Source: Eledone cirrhosa
Taxonomy: Eukaryota
DNA: 64,000 bases
Assembly: GCA_964016885.1 (NCBI GenBank)
Contig: OZ024741.1
Span: forward strand, 128,588,001-128,652,000
Reading direction: 5' to 3'
Shown here: positions 29,602 to 42,779 of the stretch, piece after piece
How positions within the stretch are numbered: the stretch's first letter is position 1
Layout of the letters: each line of letters opens with the position of its first letter
Made by a program: the position numbers and the translations under genes
Notes under the pieces: generated by a model
The model's database searches: none
What the model was told of the DNA's origin: nothing
The model's input: only the letters and a program-made list of their open reading frames with translations

Positions 29602-29771
29602 ATGTGTGTGTGTGTGCGTGTGTGCTTGTGTGTGGTCCCGTAACTCCATATACAGTTCAGATCTAGTTGTTGAAACGGCAGGAGCTCAGCCGTCGAGGTC
29701 CTGGATTTGTTCATATTACCCACTCTACTACCTCTGGTGGGTTATGGTCCACCTGGTACTTTACCACACCT

Positions 29772-30863
<1,092 letters not shown>

Positions 30864-30869
30864 ACTGTA

Positions 30870-31222
30870 AAACTAGAAACGTAGTCTATAGCATAAGATG
30901 TACAGAGGGTACTTGCAGAAACATGACAACAACATACATAGGTGAGACAGCTCGTAGCATAGGTGAAAGGATAGACCAACACTGGGGGGAACTACAAGGA
31001 CGAAAAAACGGGTCAGTACTCTACGAACATGCTAGACAACAACATGACGGTAACATAGACAACATAGAAATTAGAATAATATCTAAACATAGGAATGACC
31101 CAGCAGATAGTCAAATCAGAGAGGCCAGTGAAATAGAAATTAGAAGACCAAAGCTAAACAGAAAGAATGAGTGGAACAACAACAACACCCAAACAAACAA
31201 CACTGACCTAAGAGAAGTATAA
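30870..31222 (+). pseudogene. PLE GIY-YIG endonuclease
   Basis: NVVYSI..C....C / TYIGETARSIGERIDQH..REASEI..PKLNRKNEW; disrupted by a stop and frameshift relative to the RT. Confidence 0.88.
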
Positions 31223-31499
31223 ATAAGTAAATAAAATAAAATAAAATAAGATAAATAAATACATACACAAGCACAATAACAACAAGCACATAAACACACA
31301 CTAGTCACCCAGCAGACACAACACTATACACACTAGTCACACAGCACACATAACACTATACACACACGCAAACGCATGCGCAAAGAAGACAGAATAAAAT
31401 AAGATAAACAAACAAGCAAATAAATAAATAAATATATAGACAGACTGAATAAAAAATGGCGTAGACATACAACACAACAGGAGGAACAAAGAATATAAC

Positions 31500-31540
31500 A
31501 CCACTGACGATGTTGCAGATGTGCAACGAAAGATTTATGT
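31500..31540 (+). ncRNA. Hammerhead-like motif in the PLE pseudo-LTR (weak stems I and III)
   Basis: CTGACGA-t-gttgca-gatg-tgcaac-GAAA-gattTA-tg; stem I is only ~2 bp. Confidence 0.5.
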
Positions 31541-31745
31541 AAATTATGTAAACTATATATATGTGTTTGTGTCTATATTGTATCTGTATTATTTTTGACC
31601 GTCGGTCAGTCAATGGCAACATTGAGGACCGAGTAAGTTAGATCGCAGATATAAAAGACAGCGAGAAGCGAAAACCAACCAAACAGTGAGTGTGTTCTGT
31701 TATTAATTCTGGCAATATTACGCAAATATGACCCTCCCCAAGTAT

Positions 31746-31809
<64 letters not shown>

Positions 31810-31850
31810 ATTATATATATATATATATTATATATATATATATCTATATA

Positions 31851-31942
<92 letters not shown>

Positions 31943-31951
31943 TCTATATTA

Positions 31952-32016
31952 TATTTTATCTGATGAAAGCACACCATAATTTAAGTTGGTGTCCTTGAAA
32001 TATGTATAATGAAATA
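31952..32016 (+). ncRNA. Minimal type-I hammerhead ribozyme (family shared with 52.2-53.7 kb)
   Basis: tattttat-CTGATGA-aagcacacca..tggtgtcctt-GAAA-tatgta-TA-atgaaata, with overlapping AATAAA. Confidence 0.78.
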
Positions 32017-32162
32017 AATATGGTTTTATAAATATAGTTTCCATTTGTCAATCTCGTATTTTTACTCCAATTATTTGTTGAGTGCTTTATATCAGTTATA
32101 AAAATATTTGCTTGTTGTATCCCAACAATTTAAATAGAACTTTTGCATATATATATGTATAA

Positions 32163-32394
32163 TAATAACTAGAAATTGATTAACATATAAATAAACATGA
32201 ATAATCACAGGAGATAATGTTTACAAGTGTGTAACCACACATAGCTAGGTAGGTAACTAAATAAAGTTGACCAGAACTTCAAAAATAGATACCTTTTAGT
32301 TACCTACCTAGCTATGTGTGGTTACACACTTGTAAAAATTATCTCCTGTGATTATTCATGTTTATATATATGTTAATCAATTTCTAGTTATTAT
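32163..32394. repeat. ~98-bp near-perfect inverted repeat with ~35-bp loop
   Basis: 32163-32260 is the reverse complement of 32296-32394 with few mismatches. Confidence 0.92.
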
Positions 32395-32666
32395 AAAATG
32401 CTCGGACCTACTCGTTAGAATCTTAGAGCTTATTTTGCGGGTGATATGGCGCATGCCTTTCTGGCATGACACCCATAATTTTGATTTAGATTAAATTCAT
32501 TTGATTTATCTTAATTTTGTATATATATATATATATATATATATATTTCCTTCGAATGAAACAGTTCTAGTCCTGTAGAAGCCATTTCTATATTAAATAT
32601 TTATACTCTGCTTTGTATTGAGTACCATATTTATTGTGGTTGCCCGGGATTAACCCAGGATACACA

Positions 32667-32703
<37 letters not shown>

Positions 32704-32943
32704 CTATCTATAATCTAGCTGTCGTCTGTTCTACAGTGTGGATGTAATTCTCTTCGCGCAGAAGTTTTGTTCAAATTTATTGCGGAAATTTTGTGAGTTC
32801 AAATTTAATTTTGATACAATTGTGTAGCTTGACCCCCCGTCTGAACTGTCAGGCGGTGGGTCAGCTCATCTTTACCCCTCCTAGAGGTGAAAAACCTGTT
32901 TTAAAAAATTTTGTGGCAAAAAAATTTCAATCGTCTAACAGAA

Positions 32944-34841
32944 ATGTTAAACGCAGCGAACGAAAATAGTGGTGGGGGGACAGCGGTAAGAGTTGTAAGC
33001 TCGCACGCTTTAGTCCCCCCTTCCTTCCCAACTAACGTCATAAAGAAGGAAGAAAAAATTAAAATAAAAACAGACGAATCTGCGGAAAAAAAAAATGACG
33101 AAAACACAAATCTGGACATGGATTCCAACAACGAAAAAAAAAATTTGAAAAATTGCATGACAATACTAATAACACAAACAAAGACACAACAAACACAAAA
33201 ATAACATTTGAAAATAACACCATAACAGAAAGCAAAGCAGACGACAAGATTTCATTTGCACAGACAACAAAGAAATCTTTGACTTATATACCGGAAAATA
33301 TTTCAGATGTGGCACGACGAATCACAGACGCCAAACAATACATAAGTGAAGGAGAGAATGGTATTTTATCGGTAAAAATGCCTCAAGAATTCACGAAAGA
33401 CATTGAAAGCCGAACGGTCAAGTTTCGCACCATCAACAACAGTACAAAAAAACCTGAACAGCCAACTCAAGCAGATATCAAAACAGTACTCACAGAAGTA
33501 CTTAATGAAACCACTTTCATAAGAAAAGACAGACTGTATGGAAGCCTAGCAATTATCATGAAGAACGAATCGGCGGCAAAAAAATGTGCTTTGTCACCGA
33601 TTCGTTCGAAAAATTTTACCTTTTATCCATCTTATATGGGTAAAAGAACTCAACGCATATGGCTGGATGCAATGATGCCAGATGTGGACTACTGCTGGCT
33701 CATAGCTGGCTTCATCGATCCAGTGAATGACAACGTGATTTCCATTGGGAAAACCACAGGCAATGCGTTCAGTGGAACAGGTATAGAGCTGGTAGTGCAA
33801 ATGAAGCCTGAACGCATCGCCCAAATACCCGACAGAATCCTATTAGAGGGCCACGGGTATATAAACATTAGCGTGGAGGGGAGAAGGCCGTCCTGCCATA
33901 TCTGTGCAGGCAGAGGGCACCTGAAGGCCGCTTGTCCCCAACTCAACAAAAAGAAAACCCTGCTACCAACACCAGCTCCACCACCACCACCACAACAGAT
34001 AAACAAACAACAAAACTCAGTCCCACCCAACCCGTCCCTCAGTAAAACTACACCACCACCACAACACAAACAGTCACAACACATTACCCCAAAACAAAAT
34101 ACAGGCCCACCCAACCCCTCACTCAATAGAACAACACAACCACCGCAGACACAACACACAACACAGTCTAACATAGTGACATCCATCTCCCCCACAAAGA
34201 AAACCAACACGGAAACATTACCAGCAAACATACCTCTTCCCTCCAACACTGAAGATAACCCAACGAATTCGGAGGAAGAAACGGAGTCCTTCAGACAGAT
34301 TAAAAGGAAAAAAATGAAACATGTGCAAAACACACAAGGCCAAACAACCCCCACCCAAATCTCAACACAATCCAACAAAACAGAAAACACCCCTCCAGCA
34401 ACAAACAAAACCAAACCTGCCCCTCCCCTCTTCGAAACACTCACACCATCCGAAAAAAAGACATTACACTATACTTACATCAACAGAAACAATAATAAAT
34501 TAAATGAACTCATATACAATAATCCTTCGGTACAAACCGAAGGTGTAAACTTTGTTTCTTCAGAAAACTACCCACATTTAAAATTAATAAAGATCCCAAT
34601 GAACCTCTACCAAAAACTAAAAAAGGATTTTAAGGAGGACGTAGGACCACCCTCTGTCAAACCCATAAACCGCGTCCTACTAAAAAGCTTTCCCCCTCCC
34701 CTTCCCCTCCCCAACACAACTCCAAACACCCCAACCCCACCACACACTGACGACCCCACACCACCACAAGACACCCCTTCACCCAACACCCCCGACCCCA
34801 TGGAAGTCGTGCAACCCGAACCCCGGGAAGCGGAAAGGTAG
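32944..34841 (+). CDS. Tx1-like ORF1 (gag-like nucleic-acid-binding protein), probable frameshift at A10 run 33134-33143
   Basis: CHICAGRGHLKAAC (CX2CX4HX4C) knuckle followed by a Pro/Thr/Gln-rich region. The upstream ORF from ATG 32944 joins via a -1 shift. Confidence 0.8.
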
Positions 34842-34874
34842 GTCTCTACACTCTCCTTTGGCTCTGCCGCCCAC

Positions 34875-37800
34875 ATGGATGTGTTAAGAGTAGGATGTTT
34901 GAATGCACGTGGCCTGGGCTCAACTTGGAAGCAAGCAAAGCTTCTAAATGACCTCAGGTCATGTAGTATAAATGTAATGGTTATCTGTGAGACTCGAATC
35001 AGCGTCGTGCGGCAGCTGGCCCCCACCTTCGATGACTTTGAGGTGCATGCATCTCTCTGTCAACCTGGAGGTGGGGGTGGGGTTGTCGTACTGCTGCAAA
35101 AACACCTGGGTCTTGCCGTACAGGTTGTGCACTCGGACCCGGAGGGTCGTTTGTTGGTGCTAGACGTTGGCAGTAGTGAAAGTGCGGCCTTGAGACTGGT
35201 CGCCGTCTACTCCCCTTTCGGAGCTGAACGGCCCGACTTCTTCCAGCGTTTGGAGACTTTTCTGGGAACGTCGCGTTCCCTGCTTCTAGCGGGGGATTGG
35301 AATGACATCCTAGATGCACGTTGGGACTATGCAGGAGCATGTCCTAATAGAGGGAGGTGTAACATCCTCAAGGGGTTACTCGACCGTTTTAACTTGGTCG
35401 ATAGATATCGACTAGATTTTCCAACTGTGCCTACCTGGACTTGGAGAAACCACAGTGGTCAATCTAGATCGTACTTAGATAGATTCTTAGTTAGAAGTAA
35501 GGATAGGGACATATTAAGCTCTCCAGAAATGCGCACGGTTGGCTACACGGATCACAAATTAGTGACCTGCGTAGTCAATCTCGAGAAAACACATAAACAG
35601 GGTCCCGGTTACTGGAAACTTAATTTGTCTTTACCGGCAAAAGAGACTTACAGAAACCGGATTAGCAGATTAGTTAAGGAGAGGTTGACGGGTGCAATCG
35701 TCAACAACCGATGGTGGGCATCCCTCAAAAGAGAGATTAGAACAGAATCAATAAGTTATAGCAAGATGTTAGCTGCCGATAGGAATAGAAACGAGAAAGA
35801 ATTAACAGGTAAATTAGAAGAGGCAATCAAGAGCGAAGATGTGGCCAGAGTGCTGGCATCGAGGACGGCCTTGAACCAGTTTTTCGATGCAAAGCACGAA
35901 GGCTGCGTCATTCGAAGTAAAATACGTGCTCTAGGTAATGAGGGGGCCAAATTTGTTGGCTGGGCCCGCGTGACAGAAGCTAAGAGTGGAAATCGATCCA
36001 TCATCCGGTCGTTGCAAGACGAAGATGGACGGGTGATCCGGGAGCCTAGGCAGATGTGCGAGGCCTTTCAAAGGCACTTTGCCCGAGGGTCCGGGCGGGG
36101 GCGTGGGTCCGGGCGGGGGCGTGGATTTCGGTCCATACCTCGACGGCCTGTCGCGTCTCTCGAGCGAAGAGGCAGAGTCCTGCGAGGGACCAATCTCGGC
36201 TGATGAGATCGGAGATGCGCTGAGCCAATGCAGCAGACGCAAATCTCCAGGTCTCGATGGTATACCTTACGAACTTTATTTAGCAATGCCGATCTTCTTC
36301 TCCGAACTCCTCGAAGCGGTCTACTGCAATTGGCAGCAGAACGGGAGAATTCCTTGTTCTGTAGCCAAGGGCGTAGTCACGCTGGTGAGGAAAGACGAGA
36401 ACAAGGGAGATAGTATAAATAATTTTCGGCCCATAACCCTGCTAAACACAGAGTTAAAGATTTTGGCCAAGGTGTTAGCAAAGAGGTTGGCGCTTGTCGT
36501 GGGTGGCCTGGTGGGAGATGCGCAGACATGTGCTATCCCATCCAGGTCCATTCACGATAACCTCCACCTCATGCGATACATCATAGAGAGGGTTGGCAAC
36601 AAACCCGGCTTCGGTGGGGCCCTGATCAACTTGGATCAGTCTAAGGCCTTCGATAGGATCGACCATGGTTACCTGGATGCGGTGCTAGCGGCGGCTGGGT
36701 TCGGTCCTGTTTTCAGAGGCTGGATCACTGCCTTACATAGCAACCACATCTGTTCTAGGATCAAGGTGAACGGCTACCTTTCGAAGCCGTTCGAAATCAC
36801 ACGATCCATTCGACAGGGGTGCCCTCTCTCCTCCTTTCTGTACATATTGACTCTCGAGCCTTTACTGAGGAAGTTGGAGTTGTTGCAGGGTATCCCCCTG
36901 GAACCAGGATTGAGCAAAGCGGTGTCGGCCTACGCCGATGACGTAACAGTAATGGTATCGACCGACTCGGAGATCGAGGCGATCGGTACCTTACTGGAGG
37001 AGTACGAAAGGTTGTCAGGAGCGAAACTGAACCGGGAAAAATCCATCGGGCTGCAACTCGGAAAGTGGAGAGGCAGACCGATACCTCCTGACGGTGTCGT
37101 CGGACACTGACGGAGGGCCCGGTAAAGTTGCTTGGGGTCTGGTTTGGACCGGACCTCCAGGTGGAAAAGAAATGGAACGAGGTTACGAACAAGGTGTTTG
37201 CACTAACCCAGAAATGGGCCAAGTGTAAGCTGTCCCTAAAAGGCCGGGCCGAGGTGGCGAACATTTACATAGCGTCCGTCACTTACTACCGCCTGACTGT
37301 CGTGCCTTGCCCTAAGGAAACACTCACCACCATGGAACGCATGCTCTTCCAATTTCTTTGGAAGAAGCGCCCTCCTATGGTGAGAAGATCCATCTGCTGC
37401 CAACAACCTTCGAAAGGAGGGCTGGGGATGCCGTGGTTGATGATGCGTAGGCACGCATTAAGGCTACGGCACCTACAGGTATTCCTCACTGGTGTGGGCT
37501 CCGTTCGTGAAACGAGCCTTTCCGAGACTCGTCTCGCTCACCGAGCTACAGTCCTGGGTCAAGCAAAGATCCGGAAAACTGGGAGACTGGCACACTGAGT
37601 GTGCTCAGGCGCTCAGGGCTCTCTGGCAAGCGGGCCAGGCCATCGGTGGAGAATCCACCTCATCATTCTATAGAGGGCTGGTGGCTAGCAGGGGCGATGA
37701 CACCCTTGGAGAGTCGCTGGACATGGAAGAAGACGAACTGGCCAGCCTGTTCGGTAGGACTTTCGGCCCAGGACCAATGGACAACTTCCAGAAGTCACTG

Positions 37801-38247
37801 GCCTGGCAGTGCTACCGGGGGGCTCTACCCGTTCGAGAGAGGCTCTACAGACACGGGCGCCCGGGCAGGGATCCCTCAAAAAAGATTTGCCCTAGATGCG
37901 TGCGTCACGAAGAAACCGTTGCGCACGCATTGGTGCAATGTCCGGGCGTGGCTGATCTGTGGGGCTACGCCGAACGACTGCTGTCGCGGGTGGCGCCGAT
38001 TAAATTGACCGCCGAGTCCGTGATGACAATCAAACCGCCTCCCCTCTTCACAAAGGAAGCAAAGGCGGTTTTTCTGTGCGTAATAGCCATGTTGAAAGAG
38101 GTTGTTTGGTGGACACGATTGAAAGGTCTGAGGTCAAGCAACTTCCTCTCTGGCCATAGTCTGGTCTACTTCTTCCGATATCACTTCAGAAGAAGGATAA
38201 GAATGGAGAGAGAGGTGGCCACAGGCAGTTTTATGAAAGGTGGGTGA
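34875..38247 (+). pseudogene. Tx1-like ORF2: APE endonuclease + reverse transcriptase + C-terminal CCHC, about three frameshifts
   Basis: CLNARGL, VYSP, GDWN, SYLDRF, TDHK; KSPGLDG, FRPITLLN, DQSKAFD, RQGCPLS, AYADD; CPRC..EETVAHALVQC. Breaks near 36080, 37110 and 37490. Confidence 0.92.
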
Positions 38248-38533
38248 TAGTGGCGAGAATGGCTCGTGTAAATGGGCCTTCTCTGTATACCATCCTGTAG
38301 GTAAAGAAGTAAAGGAGAGGGGAGCACCTTCTCCATGTGCTCCCCGGGCAAAGGATTGCACACTTTTTCGGGGGTGTGTGCAACCCCCATCACGTCCCCT
38401 CCCTTTTGAGGTTATTTTCGATTATTTTCATGTTACACCCTTTTTACTCGATTATATGTAAACTCCCCCTTTGTATTTGTCCCTTCTTTTTATGCCTTTA
38501 TGGTAAATAAAGAAATATATCTATCTCTATCTA

Positions 38534-38609
38534 CACGTTTTTATTGTATGTAAACTTCCCCCTTTGTATTTGTCCCCTTCTTTTGTGCCCCTGTGGCTAA
38601 TAAAGAAAC
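38534..38609 (+). mobile_element. Second, ~75-bp 3'-end copy of the Tx1-like family
   Basis: Diverged repeat of ~38445-38515, again ending AATAAAGAAA followed by TATCTATCTATCTCTATCTA. Confidence 0.8.
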
Positions 38610-38630
38610 ATATCTATCTATCTCTATCTA

Positions 38631-38691
<61 letters not shown>

Positions 38692-38874
38692 AGGTACGAA
38701 ACAATATATATATATATATATATATTGTCCCGTACCTCCATAGTCACATACGGCGTTTCTAGGGCATTTTAAAATCTGGCGGCGCCCATTCCTCTCCAGG
38801 TCTGAGTACAGCAGATTTCTTCCAGAGAAGGATAGGTAGTGAAAGAGGGGAAATGAAAAAGAGGTATAGAGAAA

Positions 38875-39010
38875 GAATCGACCCTAGTACTAGAAGGATG
38901 AAAGGCGAAGTTGACCACGGCCGGATTTGATCTCAGAGAGCAGATAGTCGAAACGAGTGCCGCAAAGCATTCTATCCGACGTTTTTACGACTTTGCCAAT
39001 TCGCCGCCTT
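38875..39010 (-). mobile_element. SINE family A fragment
   Basis: aaggatgaaaggcgaagttgacc..ggatttgatctcag and tRNA-like head. Confidence 0.75.
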
Positions 39011-39017
39011 ATATATA

Positions 39018-39478
39018 CTAGCAGGAAAACCACCCTCGGGTGGTTTTTCTGCTAGCATGTGTATTCTGCTAGCATATATTGATATTATACACAAATATAT
39101 ATGCATGTAGATATGATACATCAAATAAAATCGTAATTGACAATATACACAGAAATTGAACGAAGACTGTATTACAATCTCTTATGTAATCGGTAACGTA
39201 ATCCATGATACATTTAAAAAACGACGATATTTTTATAAATGTTATAATATAACTGCCGTTAAACGGAAGTGTTGACATTTGAAAATTTTAAAGAAGTGAA
39301 TCTTTAATAAGCGATAAAATATATTTAATCAACAGCCACGAAATTTAGCACATAAATTATGAAATATTCATTCATTATTTATTCAACGTAATCCAACTTA
39401 TTTTACAAACGGGGGAAAATATATATATATATATATTCTGGACGCAGTCCCGCACTCTTTTCTTTATTATAGTTAAGA
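39018..39478 (-). mobile_element. Non-autonomous Helitron-like element
   Basis: On the minus strand: A|TCTTAACTATAATAAA ... hairpin (39026-39047) ... CTAG|T, i.e. TC start, subterminal hairpin, CTAG end and AT target without TSD. Confidence 0.6.
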
Positions 39479-39559
39479 TGATTGATTCTCCCGTCTTATA
39501 TCGACGTATGAGGGTTCAACAGTCTTCTCAGTTTAATTTGTTATCGTTGTCTTAAATGG

Positions 39560-40105
39560 CCCTTTAGTCCAGCTGCTGATTTTACACATTTAGCCGCATT
39601 TAGTGAAGATGACAGGATTTTGAGTGGAGCAGGATCGAATATTTGATTTGATCTTAGTGCGAGATCTTAGATCACGAAGATGGACCAATCGAGATTTTCA
39701 CAGATCTTTATACCTTCATGGCTGACAGTTCACAATTTTCCATGGTCAGCAGCTAGGTCTTCCAAAGAAGGGAGAGGTATATGCACATATTTAAGATTGT
39801 ACCTCAGTTTGTCTTTATATCTGAGTAATAGCTTGCCTACATTACATGCACAATTATGAAGTTGATACCTTTGGTGTGCGATCCTCAGTCATCCAAAGGA
39901 CCTGACCAACCCATCTGAGTTGAGATGGCATCAGAAATGATTCAATCGTACCTGCCTTGCACAGCGTGAAGAAATCAGCATCGAAGATTCTGTCAGAAAG
40001 TGCATAACTACAAATAGCGCGAAGACAACATTTGTGGAAGACACCAAACTTGTGAATGTGGCTGTGATAAAGTGTCCATGACTCCAAGCCGTATAAACTG
40101 CACGA
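39560..40105 (-). mobile_element. RTE-clade LINE 3' fragment
   Basis: LYGLESWTLY..FHKCCLRAI..QLRWVGQVLWMTEDRTPK..LRYKDKL. Confidence 0.8.
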
Positions 40106-40294
40106 TAAACTTCAAATTTCTTTCATATATATATATGTATATATATCCAAACAGTGTCACGCGAGGTTACTGTAGGTTCACCCAGGTGACCACTGGATGT
40201 TTAGGTTCACGTCAGTGGCGAGGTGTAGAGCTAGGCAGAGTGTAATATAATAATACAAGGACGATTTGTTAAGCCTTCATTACGTTTATTGATT

Positions 40295-40379
40295 GGTGAC
40301 GCGCGTTTCGCTATTGATCAGCTCAAGGTTCGATCTGTATTGATCTGGCCCGACTCTGGAATCAAAAGCTCGTCGGACC
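40295..40379 (-). ncRNA. Type-I hammerhead with long stem II (core U4C variant) in a PLE-pLTR-like repeat 40145-40440
   Basis: Minus strand: ggt-CCGACGA-gcttttgat..atcaatagc-GAAA-cgcgcg-TC-acc, then AATAAA. A related copy at 49960-50140 (+) keeps only gcGAAAcgcgcgTC. Confidence 0.65.
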
Positions 40380-40489
40380 TCTTTGCGTGACCAATCAATA
40401 AACGTAATGAAGGGTTTACAAATCGTCCTTGTATTATTATTGTATGTATATATATGTGTATATAGATATAGATATAGATATAGATATAG

Positions 40490-40538
<49 letters not shown>

Positions 40539-40596
40539 CATATATCTATATCTATAAATATATATATATTTATATTCATATATCTATATCTATATA

Positions 40597-40657
<61 letters not shown>

Positions 40658-40720
40658 TGGGGTATATATGTATGTATATATGTGTATATATGTATGTGTA
40701 TGTGTATATATATTTATGTT

Positions 40721-40755
<35 letters not shown>

Positions 40756-40764
40756 GTATATATA

Positions 40765-40796
<32 letters not shown>

Positions 40797-40799
40797 GAC

Positions 40800-40832
<33 letters not shown>

Positions 40833-41211
40833 GACATATACATATATATATAGACATATGTATATATATATACATAAACATATATATATATACACATATA
40901 TATATATATACTTATATATATATATACACACATATATATATACCCATATATATATATATACATATATACATACATACATACATACGCACACACACACACA
41001 CACGTATATATATATATATATACATACACACACACTCACACACTCACATATAACGCAATCAATATACATAAATACATATTTATATTACAATCAACAGCTT
41101 GGAATGGCAGATCGTTAGAAATCCTTCAGTGGAATTCTGCCATAGTCATACAATAAATATCTCTTCAAGGTTCCACGACCATATGGAATATCTTAACCAT
41201 GTTTCTTTCAT

Positions 41212-41388
41212 GTGGACTATAACGATATATATAAATCACATGAAAACCGTAACACACACACACACGTACACACACACATACACACACATACACACACATA
41301 CACACATACACACATACACACACACACATACACAACTATGGTGTGTACGTTGTGGACTATAACGATATATATAAATCACATGAAAACC

Positions 41389-41427
<39 letters not shown>

Positions 41428-41653
41428 ACACACTCACACACACACACACATACACAAACACATACACACACACACACACACATACACACACACTCACACA
41501 CACACACACATACACAAACACATACACACACACACACATACACACACACACATACACATACACAACTATGGTGTGTACATTGGAGACTATAGCGATATAT
41601 ATAAATCACATGTAAACCGTAACACACACACAATAACACACGCACACACACAC

Positions 41654-41688
<35 letters not shown>

Positions 41689-41792
41689 TACACACTTACA
41701 CACACACACATACACACACACACAACTATGGTGTGTACGTTGTGGACTATAACGATATATATAAATCACATGAAAACCGTAACACACACACA

Positions 41793-41855
<63 letters not shown>

Positions 41856-41872
41856 ACACACAGCTATGGTGT
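41212..41872. repeat. Four-unit composite minisatellite: conserved ~60-bp block plus variable (CA)n
   Basis: gtggactataacgatatatataaatcacatgaaaaccgtaac at ~41212, 41352, 41581 and 41742. Confidence 0.92.
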
Positions 41873-41929
41873 GTAGGAGGGAGGAATGGATCGGTTTCTG
41901 CATATTTCTCCCAAGTGTTTCCACTCGAA

Positions 41930-42670
41930 AACATCATCACCATCACTATGAGTATCATCATCACCATCACCACCATCAAAATCATTATCACCACCACCAT
42001 TACCATCATCACCATCACCACCATCACCATCACCACCACCACCACCATTACCATCATCATCACCATCATCATCACCATTACCATCATCACCACCACCACC
42101 ATCATCATCACCATCATCATCATCATCACCATCATCACCACCACCACCATCACCATCACCACCATCATCACCACCATCACCATCACCACCATCACCACCA
42201 CCATCACCATCACCACCATCATCACCACCATCACCACCACCATCACCACCATCACCACCACCATCACCATCACCACCATCATATTATTCACCACCATCAC
42301 CATCATCACCACCATCACCATCATCATCATCATCACCACCATCATCACCACCATCACCACCACCATCACCACCATCACCACCACCATCACCATCACCACC
42401 ATCACCACCACCATCACCATCACCACCATCATCATCATCACCACCATCACCATCATCATCATCATCATCACCATCATCATCACCATCACCATCATCACCA
42501 TCATCACCATCACATCACCACCATCATCACCATCACATCACCACCATCATCACCATCACATCACCACCATCATCACCATCACATCACCATCCCCATCACC
42601 ACCATCACCATCATCACCATCATCACCATCATCACCATCACCATTACCATTATCATCATCATCATCATTG
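41930..42670. repeat. (CAT/CAC)n microsatellite
   Basis: Directly visible; gives the spurious poly-His ORF. Confidence 0.95.
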
Positions 42671-42779
42671 TCACCACCTTCACTAGTAACTGCATGAACG
42701 ACAAAACTATCCGCACCCTACCTCCACTCTACGTCACCCCCCCCCCCCCACTACACTGTGGAGACAATACTGAAGTGGC

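Larger units (their letters stand above)
32712..38515 (+). mobile_element. Near-full-length Tx1/L1-clade LINE inserted in (TATC)n
   Basis: 5'UTR, ORF1 with CCHC, ORF2 APE-RT-CCHC, pyrimidine-rich 3'UTR ending AATAAAGAAA. TATCTATCTCTATCTA at 32695-32710 and 38518-38533. Confidence 0.93.

Noticed and set aside
36089-36125. 18-bp GC-rich tandem duplication in Tx1 ORF2 as a G-quadruplex or recoding signal
   Set aside because: A simple local duplication near a disabling frameshift; no evidence of function.
41212-41872. CRISPR-like repeat-spacer look (also 63381-63766)
   Set aside because: Spacers are microsatellite of variable length, repeats are ~60 bp, there are no cas genes, and the context is eukaryotic.
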